A stretch of 42,961 nucleotides of DNA, from IMG/VR virus record IMGVR_UViG_3300045988_175038; one strand, given 5' to 3'. A program made the translations under genes and the position numbers. This document shows positions 9,276-17,732 of this stretch, piece by piece. Position 1 is the first letter of the stretch. Each line of letters starts with the position of its first letter. The stretch comes from a virus. The notes beneath the pieces are model-generated. The model was given only the letters and a program-made list of their open reading frames with translations. It was not told where the DNA came from and did not search any database.

Positions 9276-9378
9276 GATTTGCCCAAATTTACATAACTAC
9301 ACATACTGATTTGCTTAGGTGGCTCTCGCTTCGTGCCTGAGCCGCCTTTGTTTGTTTTCACCTTATTATATATTGAAT

Positions 9379-10059
9379 ATGGATCATCAATTTACCAGAC
9401 AGATGCAGGAGTGGCTCAACTCTAAGCACGAATCGGATGCAGAAATCATCAAGGGAGCAGATATGCTCTTCCGTCTCAACCGGAACCGGTTCTATCATGT
9501 CCGAGCAACCCGACAGCCCCAGGCATACCGCACCAACATAGAGTATGAACTGAATAAGTTCCTCAAGATCCGTCTCGACAACATGACCATCGAGGAGGTC
9601 AGGAAGATGAACGATATCGTGATTCCTGAAGCCCAGGCTATCATTGCCGAAGGAGAAGCAGAGAATAACGGAGAAAATCAGGGAAAATCGGAGAAAAACG
9701 GCGATTCCATCGAGGAAAATGCCTCTACCGATGATACAGAACTCCCGTCCTCGGATAGCGATGGAGTGGCTGTTGTCCGTAAGGGCAAGCGCAAGGATCA
9801 CGATTTCCTGCCCAAGGAAGTAGCCGACCTCTGGGATATCAACGCCAAGCGATACAAGGAAATCAAATCTACCTTCGAGACGCTCAAGGCGATGGAAGAC
9901 AAGGAACCATGCGACCGATACGAGCATCTAAAGATTCTTTCGGATCTCGACAAGAAGTATCGTGCCGATATGCTCACCTACGACTCATACCAGGTGACAC
10001 GTGCCGACCGTGACCGTGTAGCTAAAGCCAGACTCGCCGAAAATGCCAGCCAGGGTTAA
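9379..10059 (+). CDS. Hypothetical protein with an acidic central region
   Basis: The first ATG of the track ORF (which opens at 9319 with a non-ATG codon) is at 9379 (MDHQFTRQ...). Confidence 0.5.
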   Translation: MDHQFTRQMQEWLNSKHESDAEIIKGADMLFRLNRNRFYHVRATRQPQAYRTNIEYELNKFLKIRLDNMTIEEVRKMNDIVIPEAQAIIAEGEAENNGENQGKSEKNGDSIEENASTDDTELPSSDSDGVAVVRKGKRKDHDFLPKEVADLWDINAKRYKEIKSTFETLKAMEDKEPCDRYEHLKILSDLDKKYRADMLTYDSYQVTRADRDRVAKARLAENASQG

Positions 10060-10618
10060 AGTTGCCGATATACTCAAACCCATCGATGAGGTGAAGACAC
10101 AGGCATACTTCGGACGGCACCTGCACACACTCGGACTCATCAAGTGGATCCTTTCACAGATTGGTCCTGCTGATGTGTGGGTGTCTTCCTACTCCACCTC
10201 CGAGGAGTTCCTCAGAGGTTTCCGCCTGATGCGGGATTCGGGCAGCATCTCGTCGGCAAAGATGCTGCTGGATGTGAAGGCAAGCAAGAAGACCGTACAC
10301 CTGTGGCGACTTATGTCGGCATGCTTCGATGATGTCTATCTGGGCGAGAACCATTCCAAGGTGACGCTTTTCCGGAATGATCAGCATGTTGTTTCGGTCG
10401 TCACGTCCCAAAACCAGACATACGGCAGCCGTGACGAGAGTACCATCATCACCACGGAACCACAGGTCTTTGCCGACCTGTTCAATGGATATACCAGTCA
10501 TTGTGACAATCAAAGCTTAAGAATCAATGGAAATTACTCAGGAGTTACTCAACAAAGTGCAAGAGCTGGCAGAGAACCTGACTCCGATTTCGGAGATGTC
10601 CGTCCTTTTGGATATTAA
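10043..10618 (+). CDS. PLD-superfamily (HKD-like motif) domain protein, possible nuclease
   Basis: ENHSKVTLFRNDQHVVSVVTSQNQT resembles the HxK...D...(G)SxN pattern of PLD-type nucleases. The 3' end overlaps the next ORF by 92 nt. Confidence 0.4.
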   Translation: MPARVKVADILKPIDEVKTQAYFGRHLHTLGLIKWILSQIGPADVWVSSYSTSEEFLRGFRLMRDSGSISSAKMLLDVKASKKTVHLWRLMSACFDDVYLGENHSKVTLFRNDQHVVSVVTSQNQTYGSRDESTIITTEPQVFADLFNGYTSHCDNQSLRINGNYSGVTQQSARAGREPDSDFGDVRPFGY

Positions 10619-10808
10619 GGAGGATGTTCTGCGTGAAGAGATTCTCGACCCTGCATCAGAGCTCCGGCGCGTCTATTATCTGGGCATGGCAAAAGTCAGG
10701 CAGCAGATTCGCAGGAATGAGCTGGAGCTGGCTGCAGCCGGCTCACCTCAAGCCGTACAGCGCACACATGAATATCTGAATAAAATGATAGAGGAGATCA
10801 AGATATGA
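10527..10808 (+). CDS. Small helical protein of the packaging module (possible DNA-binding terminase partner)
   Basis: A 93-aa ORF linked to the next gene by an ATGA overlap, upstream of the terminase genes. Confidence 0.4.
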   Translation: MEITQELLNKVQELAENLTPISEMSVLLDIKEDVLREEILDPASELRRVYYLGMAKVRQQIRRNELELAAAGSPQAVQRTHEYLNKMIEEIKI

Positions 10809-11437
10809 GAGAACCAGCCAACATCGATGCCATCATCGACCTGATGGACCGCACACCCGAAGAGATGGATGCACAGAATGTTCCCGCACCCGTGCGCGAC
10901 CGCATTCTGCGCATCCGGGCTCTTTATGCCTGGTGGCTCATCAATCCACGCAAGACAGACCAGGAACTTGTCTTCAAGGATATGCAGGACTACAAGGTGC
11001 AGCGCATGATGGCTTATAATGACCTGCACCTCATCAAGCTCATACTGGGCAACCTGCAGAAGGTTTCCAAGGACTTTGCCCGGTACCGTTTCGACCAGAT
11101 GATTCAGCGCACCTACGAGAAAGCAGACAATATGGGCGATGCCAGAGCCATGGCTGCAGCAGCTGCCGCATACGGCAAATACCACCTGCTCGACAAAGAA
11201 GATCCTGTCGACAACGGCTATGACCAGATACAGCCTCAGGTCTTCATACCTACTTCAGACCCTCGCCATCTCGGTCTCAAGCGCATACCTAACGTGATGG
11301 GCACCATCAAGAAGCTCATCAAAAAATACACCGACAACTCCATGGATCTCATCAAGATCGAGAGCGAAGACTATGACGAGCAGCTGCTGGAGTATACACC
11401 TACAGAGGAAATCAAACAAGAGGAGGGCACAACATGA
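10805..11437 (+). CDS. Putative terminase small subunit
   Basis: A 210-aa ORF with ATGA overlaps on both sides, directly upstream of the large terminase. The call rests on position only. Confidence 0.35.
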   Translation: MREPANIDAIIDLMDRTPEEMDAQNVPAPVRDRILRIRALYAWWLINPRKTDQELVFKDMQDYKVQRMMAYNDLHLIKLILGNLQKVSKDFARYRFDQMIQRTYEKADNMGDARAMAAAAAAYGKYHLLDKEDPVDNGYDQIQPQVFIPTSDPRHLGLKRIPNVMGTIKKLIKKYTDNSMDLIKIESEDYDEQLLEYTPTEEIKQEEGTT

Positions 11438-13035
11438 TAGAGCAATACTTCAACCCTGCGCAACAAGAGGTCAACCTCATATCCGCTCGCGACAACGTGG
11501 TCGTGGGCGGTCGAGGCATTGGCAAGAGCATTCTCCATGCCACCTTCAACCTGCGCAACATGCAGCGCATGCCTGGCAGCGATGGCGGCTTCGTCTCCGC
11601 CAACACCAAGCGATGCCTCACCAACACCATACCGTCCATGCTACAGCACTGGGAGCGATGGGGCTTCCACCGTGGCAAGCACTATGTCATCGGCATCAAA
11701 CCGCCCAAAAAGCTGGGGTGGCCTGATCCTGTAATCCCTCCTTCCAACTGGGAGAACACCATATCGTTCTACAACGGCTCCATCGGCACCATCATCTCAC
11801 AAGACCGCAAGGGCACGTCAAACTCCCTCTCGCTCGACTACCTCGACATCGACGAGGCTAAGTTCATCGACTTTGAGCAGCTCAAAGACGAGACTTTCCC
11901 TGCCAACCGAGGCAATGTCAACCTCTTTGGCCAACACTACTATCACCATGGCATGCTCATTACTTCAGATATGCCCATGACTAAAAAAGGCTCCTGGTTC
12001 CTCAACTATAAAAAAGACTGCGACCCTCACCTCATAGAGGCGATATCATCACTCGTGGTCGAGGAGTATGACATACGCAACCGCATCAAGACCTCTGGCC
12101 ACATCAGCCTATATGCCAAGCGCAGACTCAAAGAGATTGGGCTACTCCTGGCACAACTGCGTTCCAAGGCTCTCTTTTACAAGGAGTACTCATCCGTCTA
12201 TAATGTCGAGGTCCTGGGCATGGAGTTCATCAAGCAGATGAAACGTGACCTCCCTGCACTCACCTTCCAGACATCCATCATGTGCAAGCGACCTTCCATC
12301 TCGCTCGATGGCTTCTACTCCAACCTCAGGGATGTCAACCTCTACTCTGCTCCAAACCTCGACTACCTCGATGGACTGGAGTATGATGTGGAAAAGCTGC
12401 AGCATGTCGATTCACGCATGGATGCAGACGTTGACCCAGACCGTCCGCTCTGCATCGCCTTCGATGCCAACGCCCTCATCAACTGGATAGCCATTGGCCA
12501 AGACAACCTGCGTGGAGAGGCCCGCTTGCTCAAGAGCATCTTTGTCAAGTATGAGGAGAAGCTGCCCACCCTGCTCGACAAGTTCATGGCTTACTATGAA
12601 TATCATCGCTGCAAAGAGGTCAACTTCTACTATGACTCCACCTTCGTGGGCAACAACTACGCCCTGATGAATGATGACTTTCACACCTTCATCACCAACT
12701 ATCTCACCGACCATGGTTGGTATGTCAACGAGGTCTATCTGGGCAACCCGATGGGGCATATAGAAAAAATGCTGCTCATTAACCGCATGTTCCTGGGCAA
12801 GGCTGACCACCGTGCCATGATCAATGATGAGAACAACGAGGACATGCTCCTATCCATCCGACTCGCTGGTGTCTACAATGGCAAGAAGGATAAGCGAGGC
12901 GAAAAGCTGGCAGAGACCGAAGAGGACAAGCTGGAGGCTCGCACCGATGGCTCCGATGCCTTCGACTCTCTGATGATTGGCATCGAGAAGTTCCCACAGG
13001 CTGATGGCTACGTCTCCTGTGGCTCCATGCTCTGA
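11434..13035 (+). CDS. terL: Terminase large subunit
   Basis: The Walker A motif is VVGGRGIGKS and the Walker B-like motif is LDYLDIDEAKF. The protein is 533 aa with a C-terminal nuclease-size domain. Confidence 0.85.
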   Translation: MIEQYFNPAQQEVNLISARDNVVVGGRGIGKSILHATFNLRNMQRMPGSDGGFVSANTKRCLTNTIPSMLQHWERWGFHRGKHYVIGIKPPKKLGWPDPVIPPSNWENTISFYNGSIGTIISQDRKGTSNSLSLDYLDIDEAKFIDFEQLKDETFPANRGNVNLFGQHYYHHGMLITSDMPMTKKGSWFLNYKKDCDPHLIEAISSLVVEEYDIRNRIKTSGHISLYAKRRLKEIGLLLAQLRSKALFYKEYSSVYNVEVLGMEFIKQMKRDLPALTFQTSIMCKRPSISLDGFYSNLRDVNLYSAPNLDYLDGLEYDVEKLQHVDSRMDADVDPDRPLCIAFDANALINWIAIGQDNLRGEARLLKSIFVKYEEKLPTLLDKFMAYYEYHRCKEVNFYYDSTFVGNNYALMNDDFHTFITNYLTDHGWYVNEVYLGNPMGHIEKMLLINRMFLGKADHRAMINDENNEDMLLSIRLAGVYNGKKDKRGEKLAETEEDKLEARTDGSDAFDSLMIGIEKFPQADGYVSCGSML

Positions 13036-13103
13036 TACTCTGACCGATTTACTTATTAGATAAATAACATGGTGGCTGGCATTCTTGCTTGACCGCCGAT
13101 GAG

Positions 13104-13135
13104 GGGAGTGCGCTGTGAAGCGTGCTCCCTTTTTT
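13104..13135 (+). terminator. Rho-independent terminator after terL
   Basis: A 10-bp stem (13104-13113 pairs with 13120-13129, two G-U pairs) has loop TGTGAA and is followed by a T6 run. Confidence 0.55.
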
Positions 13136-13956
13136 CGTGCCCTTCCGTGACTATCTCCACATGAAAAACACGTTTTACATTCTTGCAAATTCTTTAACGG
13201 TCCTTTACATATTCCGCCCAATCCAAGGGGGTCGAGGGCGCGCTCGGGCGCAGGGCGGTGGGGGGTCCTTTCGGAGACAAAGGGCAATTCTTTCCCTTTG
13301 AATCCCTTGAAACCACGATAAAATCGGGGTTTTCCACTCTTTGGGTGTGGAAAACCTGTCGTAAAACGACACATTTTGCCCTCTCCGCCCCGAGGTCGAA
13401 GACTGCAAAATGCTGCGATTTCATCGCTCTAAGGTATGTTTTTCTCCCCAAACTCCGAAAAACATGGCTTTTTTGATGCCGCAAATTTACCCTTTCTCAT
13501 ATCGTGTAAATATGTTAAAATTTGCGGTTTCATCGGTCTAACATCCATGACGCTCAAACGCCACTGAGGCTTAACACCAGGGTAAAGGCAAAAAGCCTTT
13601 TCTTTGTCCGCTTTATCCGCTCCGAGAGCTTTTCCTGTATGAGAGTGGTATCCGTCAGTCATTATCTCTTTTTCCTCAGCAAAGGTACGGCGGACGGTAT
13701 CACCAAGTACCGGCACAAGGCACTATTTAGCCAAAACTTTTTGGCAGCCTTCCACTATCTGAGATTGGGTATTCCTTAAAACTTTTGCCTAAATTCCTTG
13801 GCTTTATACCTCTTCTCCGCTCGTCTGCATTGCACCGTAAAAAGCGACAAAAACGACCGACGGACAGAATAAAAAAAACTCTCAGACGGGCAGACAAAGA
13901 CGAGTGAAAGAAAAAGCTCCTTTTCTCCCTCTGGCTAGAATAAAAATTTTGAGCGT

Positions 13957-14481
13957 ATGAAGACTTTCAATTATTACGAGTACAACTCCAAGCGTTTCGA
14001 TACTTCAGCTGAAGCTGAGCAGGTGAGAAACTTCATCTTTGCCTTCAAGGATGGCAAGCAGTGGGCAACAAACTATGCTGCCGACATGGTGGTAAATAGT
14101 TTCGTAGATACCTATGGCGATAAAGCGAGCGACTTTGTTTTGGTGTGCGCTCCAGCTGCCAACAACAAGAAGTACTGCAAGCGTTTCAACCGCTTCGCCC
14201 AAAAGGTGAGCCAAGGCGCAAAGGTACAGAACGGCAACGAGCACCTTGCCATCTATGGCGAGCGCACAGCGAAGCACCTCAGCGCAGACCGAGTTTGCGA
14301 AGACTTCGGCTACAGCGTGAGACTCGACAGAGACTACTTCAAGGGAAAGAAAGTCATCATCTTCGACGATGTCATCACAAGCGGAGCAACCGCCAACGAG
14401 TTTGCAAGCCAACTCGCTGAATGTGGAGCACAGGTCATGGGTGCCATGTTCCTGGCAAGAACAAAAAGAATGTATAACTAA
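13957..14481 (+). CDS. ComF-like type I phosphoribosyltransferase-domain protein
   Basis: The PRPP-binding loop is KKVIIFDDVITSGATANE. The upstream LVCAPAANNKKYCKRFNRF resembles the ComF-family P-x-P...RGFN segment. The N-terminal zinc finger is absent. Confidence 0.7.
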   Translation: MKTFNYYEYNSKRFDTSAEAEQVRNFIFAFKDGKQWATNYAADMVVNSFVDTYGDKASDFVLVCAPAANNKKYCKRFNRFAQKVSQGAKVQNGNEHLAIYGERTAKHLSADRVCEDFGYSVRLDRDYFKGKKVIIFDDVITSGATANEFASQLAECGAQVMGAMFLARTKRMYN

Positions 14482-14497
14482 TCAAAATATAAACGAT

Positions 14498-15181
14498 ATG
14501 CGACAAAATTATAAAGACCTCTGCATGGAGGAAAGACCACAGTACAGAGCCTATAACCAAGGCTTCGAGACACTCACCAACGTGGAACTCATCTCGTTGG
14601 TACTCAATAGAGGAGCAGGCACACGTGAGAGCATGGAGCAAGCTAGGCAGATTTACAACGTCATGCAAGGCTCACTCAAGAACATCAAAAAGGCAAGACT
14701 AGAGGAACTAGAGGTTGTGCAAGGTGTGGGAGACTGCAAGGCGATAGCACTGCAGGCAGCTTTGGAACTGGGCAGACGCTACCAAATGGAAAAGGCTGAG
14801 AAGCAGCCAGCCCTAGGCAGCAGCATAGCACTCTACAGCTATCTCCGACCAATCGTGCAAGACCTAGATACTGAGCGGTTTTACGTCATACTGATGAACC
14901 AAAACTTTCGGCTCATCAAGTGCATCAACCTCAGTCAAGGAGGCATCACAGAGACTGCCGTGGACGTGAGACTCATCATGAAGGAAGCCGTGCTCAACAA
15001 CGCCACCATCATGGCAGTGGCACACAACCACCCATCTAACAGTCCACAGCCAAGCAAGGCAGACGACCTACTCACGCAAAAGATAGCCAAGGCGTGCGAC
15101 ATCATGCGCATCTTCTTCATGGACCATATCATCATGGCAGACGGCAGCTTCTACAGCTATCACGACAAAGGAAAGCTATAA
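14498..15181 (+). CDS. radC: RadC-like JAB/MPN metalloprotease-domain protein
   Basis: The JAMM motif is VAHNHPSNSPQPSKADD. The HhH-like segment LEVVQGVGDCKAIALQAALELGRR precedes it. At 227 aa it has typical RadC length. The first ATG of the track ORF is at 14498. Confidence 0.85.
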   Translation: MRQNYKDLCMEERPQYRAYNQGFETLTNVELISLVLNRGAGTRESMEQARQIYNVMQGSLKNIKKARLEELEVVQGVGDCKAIALQAALELGRRYQMEKAEKQPALGSSIALYSYLRPIVQDLDTERFYVILMNQNFRLIKCINLSQGGITETAVDVRLIMKEAVLNNATIMAVAHNHPSNSPQPSKADDLLTQKIAKACDIMRIFFMDHIIMADGSFYSYHDKGKL

Positions 15182-15200
15182 TATATATATAATAAGGTAA

Positions 15201-15230
15201 GGGGAAGGCTAAAACCTTCCCCCTCATTTT
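15201..15230 (+). terminator. Rho-independent terminator after radC
   Basis: GGGGAAGG (15201-15208) pairs with CCTTCCCC (15215-15222), followed by a T-rich tail. Confidence 0.5.
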
Positions 15231-15370
15231 CCAAAAATTTTCGCCTGCGGCGAAAGCGTCTGGCAAGAGCCAAAAAGCGGTCGAGCATTCTTTATATACC
15301 ATTTTCCAATCTTTATTGCAATTTTTGTTGTTAAATTTATCATTAAATTTGCGATTTACAAAAAATAGCC

Positions 15371-15378
15371 GTATCTTT
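15371..15378 (+). promoter_or_regulatory. -7 promoter box TATCTTTG(C)
   Basis: Matches TAnnTTTG 32 nt upstream of the ATG at 15410. Confidence 0.55.
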
Positions 15379-15409
15379 GCACCGTGTTAATATAAACAGG
15401 ATGTGAATT

Positions 15410-15838
15410 ATGAGCAATACAACGACTATATATACAACATACCAAACTGATGGCAGCCCTGTTGTGGCTATACAAGACAAAGGTACTGACAAGGTTGCAT
15501 TCGCTGGTGTTACCAATAAGGCTAACTTTTTCAACATCAGTACTGCCGACAGACTCAAGGAGTTGATGACTCGTGCCGTTAACAACCGCACACGTGAGCG
15601 CAACTACTTCAAACTATATTGCGAAATGCTTGACGGCAATATTACCGAAGAAGAGTTTGATAAAGAGATTGAAGAGCATGAGGATAAGTACATCATCAAA
15701 CAAGATAAAGATGCTTCCATTGAAGACATTGAGGTGGCTCTTGAGGTCAGCCCATCGCTCATGAGCATCACCTCGCCTGATGATATGGCTGAGGTATTCT
15801 CTTTCAGTGAAAAATCAATGCAAAAAAGTCTCCAATAA
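15410..15838 (+). CDS. Hypothetical protein (accessory cassette gene 1)
   Basis: A 142-aa ORF whose stop overlaps the next start (TAATG). Confidence 0.55.
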   Translation: MSNTTTIYTTYQTDGSPVVAIQDKGTDKVAFAGVTNKANFFNISTADRLKELMTRAVNNRTRERNYFKLYCEMLDGNITEEEFDKEIEEHEDKYIIKQDKDASIEDIEVALEVSPSLMSITSPDDMAEVFSFSEKSMQKSLQ

Positions 15839-16278
15839 TGGCTATATATATCAAAGAAGGTGAAATCATAGAGGGCAAAAAAGCTGATGTCATTGCCAGA
15901 AGGGCTGAGTGGAAGGGACTCAAAGAGGAACCTATCACGGGCAAAAAGATGACATTATACGAACTAGACCGAAATAGTTCCGTAGAAATCACCGAAGCTC
16001 TTGAGCTCAACAAAGAGGACAAGAAAATACGAGAAGATCTCAACGTCCATGGCAATGTGGGTGACAAGATACAAGGCGATGCCATCAGGCTTTGGGTTGA
16101 CTCCAAAAGAAATTCTCTGAAGTTCAATACCAAGGAGGGCATCTCTGGCAGACATGGAGCCAACCTAGTGAGCACAAACAAGCGCACGGTGAGCAAACTC
16201 AAATATTCATTCGACAATTATAAAAAACTTTTCAAACACTCGGCTATCGAGTCTAACATTAAAGGACATATAAAATGA
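15838..16278 (+). CDS. Hypothetical protein (accessory cassette gene 2)
   Basis: A 146-aa ORF linked to the next gene by an ATGA overlap. Confidence 0.55.
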   Translation: MAIYIKEGEIIEGKKADVIARRAEWKGLKEEPITGKKMTLYELDRNSSVEITEALELNKEDKKIREDLNVHGNVGDKIQGDAIRLWVDSKRNSLKFNTKEGISGRHGANLVSTNKRTVSKLKYSFDNYKKLFKHSAIESNIKGHIK

Positions 16279-16667
16279 ACATAGATATTCTTGCATTGTG
16301 TGACTTTGCACAAGATAATGACGGCAAACTTACCATCGTGGGCACTTTTGACCACTATGTGGTAAGAAAAGCACCGCTGCCTAAGAGCAACCTCTTCATG
16401 GTAGCGAGAGTTAAGATGAACAGCGAGGAAAGCAAACTTCAGCAAGAGTTCTCGGCAGAGGTTACAGAGATGAGCACTGGCAAGATGATTCTTGGCCAGC
16501 CCATCAATTCCAAGATTGAGCCACACCCTTCAGATGAGTATCTCTTCAGCAACTTCATCTTCGAGTTTACTGACCTGCAGTTCCCGGCTGAAGGTAATTA
16601 TAAGTTTTCGTTCAAAATCGGCGACGTAGAGAACTCACTACCACTTAAGGTATATTTCCAGAAATAA
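16275..16667 (+). CDS. Hypothetical protein (accessory cassette gene 3)
   Basis: A 130-aa ORF that looks beta-rich (MNIDILALCDFAQDNDGKLTIVGTFD...). Confidence 0.55.
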   Translation: MNIDILALCDFAQDNDGKLTIVGTFDHYVVRKAPLPKSNLFMVARVKMNSEESKLQQEFSAEVTEMSTGKMILGQPINSKIEPHPSDEYLFSNFIFEFTDLQFPAEGNYKFSFKIGDVENSLPLKVYFQK

Positions 16668-16724
16668 GCATAACAAACCCTCGATACTCAATGTACCGGG
16701 GGTATTTTTTTGCGGAATATGCAC

Positions 16725-16915
16725 GGAAAATCGAGGAAAATGCGGGGAAATCGGGGAATTTCCGAGGAATCCATTCCTCGAAGTGGCAGAACTGAAGGGA
16801 GATCCTGCGGTCGTTTTCGGTCGTTTTCGCAGTCATTTCCGGTCATTCCTGGATATGATTCCGATTCTTTCCGTTTTCTTTCCGTTTTTATTCCTTTTCA
16901 TTCCTCATTTTCAAA
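16725..16915. repeat. Dense GGAA(A/T) / (A/T)TTCC motif array with short tandem duplications
   Basis: The left half carries cggaaaatcgaggaaaatgcggggaaatcggggaatttccgaggaat. The palindrome CGAGGAAT-cc-ATTCCTCG lies near the centre. The right half carries ggtcgttttc x2, ttctttccgtt x2 and attcct x2. Confidence 0.6.
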
Positions 16916-16924
16916 TTATATTAT

Positions 16925-16932
16925 TACTTTTG
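16925..16932 (+). promoter_or_regulatory. -7 promoter box TACTTTTG(C)
   Basis: Matches TAnnTTTG 30 nt upstream of the ATG at 16962. Confidence 0.55.
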
Positions 16933-16961
16933 CACCGGATTTTATTCAATTAATTGCAGTT

Positions 16962-17360
16962 ATGAAGAAAATTATTCTAATTTTAGCCATCATTTTTATG
17001 GCTATTGGCGCTAAAGCGCAGAGCACCATCCAGTCTGAGGATGGTAAGTATCCGGTTTATTGCGACCTCAAGGCATATAACTTCTGGGGTGTCGGCAAAG
17101 TGAAGGTCATGCTTGATATGGGAGCGGTCTCCAATGGTGGAGGTTCCTTCGAGAGCTTATATGGTGAGGATGGCAAACAGATCAAGTTCAATACCGTCAT
17201 GGCAGCCGTGAATTATATGGCTAAGAAAGGTTGGATACTTGACAAGACATATTATGTTACAGAGGGTGCCGGCAGGGCTGTTCTCCACTATGTTCTGGTG
17301 AAGAGAGTGAAGAATGATAATGAGATTCGAGAGGGTCTGATTACCAAAGATGAGCAATAA
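16962..17360 (+). CDS. Secreted small protein with a signal peptide (candidate lysogenic-conversion or exclusion factor)
   Basis: MKKIILILAIIFMAIGAKAQ is signal-peptide-like. The track ORF start at 16710 reads through the repeat array and the promoter, so it was trimmed. Confidence 0.6.
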   Translation: MKKIILILAIIFMAIGAKAQSTIQSEDGKYPVYCDLKAYNFWGVGKVKVMLDMGAVSNGGGSFESLYGEDGKQIKFNTVMAAVNYMAKKGWILDKTYYVTEGAGRAVLHYVLVKRVKNDNEIREGLITKDEQ

Positions 17361-17393
17361 TATGTTATTAAGCATGTTTTGAATAGAAAAATA

Positions 17394-17425
17394 AGCGAGG
17401 AATGAAAATTTCTCGCTTTTTTTTT
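17394..17425 (+). terminator. Rho-independent terminator
   Basis: A 10-bp stem (17394-17403 pairs with 17408-17417) has a GAAA tetraloop and is followed by a T9 run. Confidence 0.65.
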
Positions 17426-17446
17426 GGCGGTTCCAAATATTCTTCG

Positions 17447-17454
17447 TACTTTTG
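17447..17454 (+). promoter_or_regulatory. -7 promoter box TACTTTTG(C)
   Basis: Matches TAnnTTTG with no ORF start within 270 nt downstream. Confidence 0.5.
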
Positions 17455-17459
17455 CCAAC

Positions 17460-17728
17460 GCTAACAAGATGATAGTAGTCTATCCGGCAGGGCGACCGTT
17501 TCGCCTATGGCTTCTAGCCGCAGGCTTTTTTTATGCCTAGGAAAATCTTTTTTCCTAACTGGGAAAATAATTTTTTCCAACTGGGAAAATAGATATGCCC
17601 AATACATGGCGGCTGCATGAACCGTAAGATTTGATTTGTCCTCTCGGATAAGCCATCATCTTGTTAGCAACGGGGAATGCAGCCGCCACCCTTTTATACA
17701 ATCGGCTGTTAATGCTAACAAGATGATG
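17460..17728. repeat. Three copies of GCTAACAAGATGAT (two direct, one inverted) plus a tandem 21-22-bp repeat
   Basis: Copy 1 is at 17460-17473. The inverted copy at 17654-17669 is perfectly complementary over 16 nt to copy 3 at 17713-17728. TTTTTTCC(T)AACTGGGAAAATA is tandem at 17548-17569 and 17571-17591. Confidence 0.7.
17461..17532 (+). ncRNA. Candidate ~70-nt small RNA or terminated leader
   Basis: A promoter box lies immediately upstream. It ends in the hairpin 17503-17511/17517-17525 followed by T7. It carries copy 1 of the 14-nt element GCTAACAAGATGAT. Confidence 0.3.
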
Positions 17729-17732
17729 CAAT

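Noticed and set aside
12850-13779. Several 67-174-aa ORFs on both strands in the terL-PRTase gap
   Set aside because: They overlap each other and the terL 3' end, are Arg/Pro/Gly/Ser-rich, and cross hairpins. They are not called as genes. Only the shorter promoter-proximal versions are mentioned, as hypotheses, in the finding on the gap.
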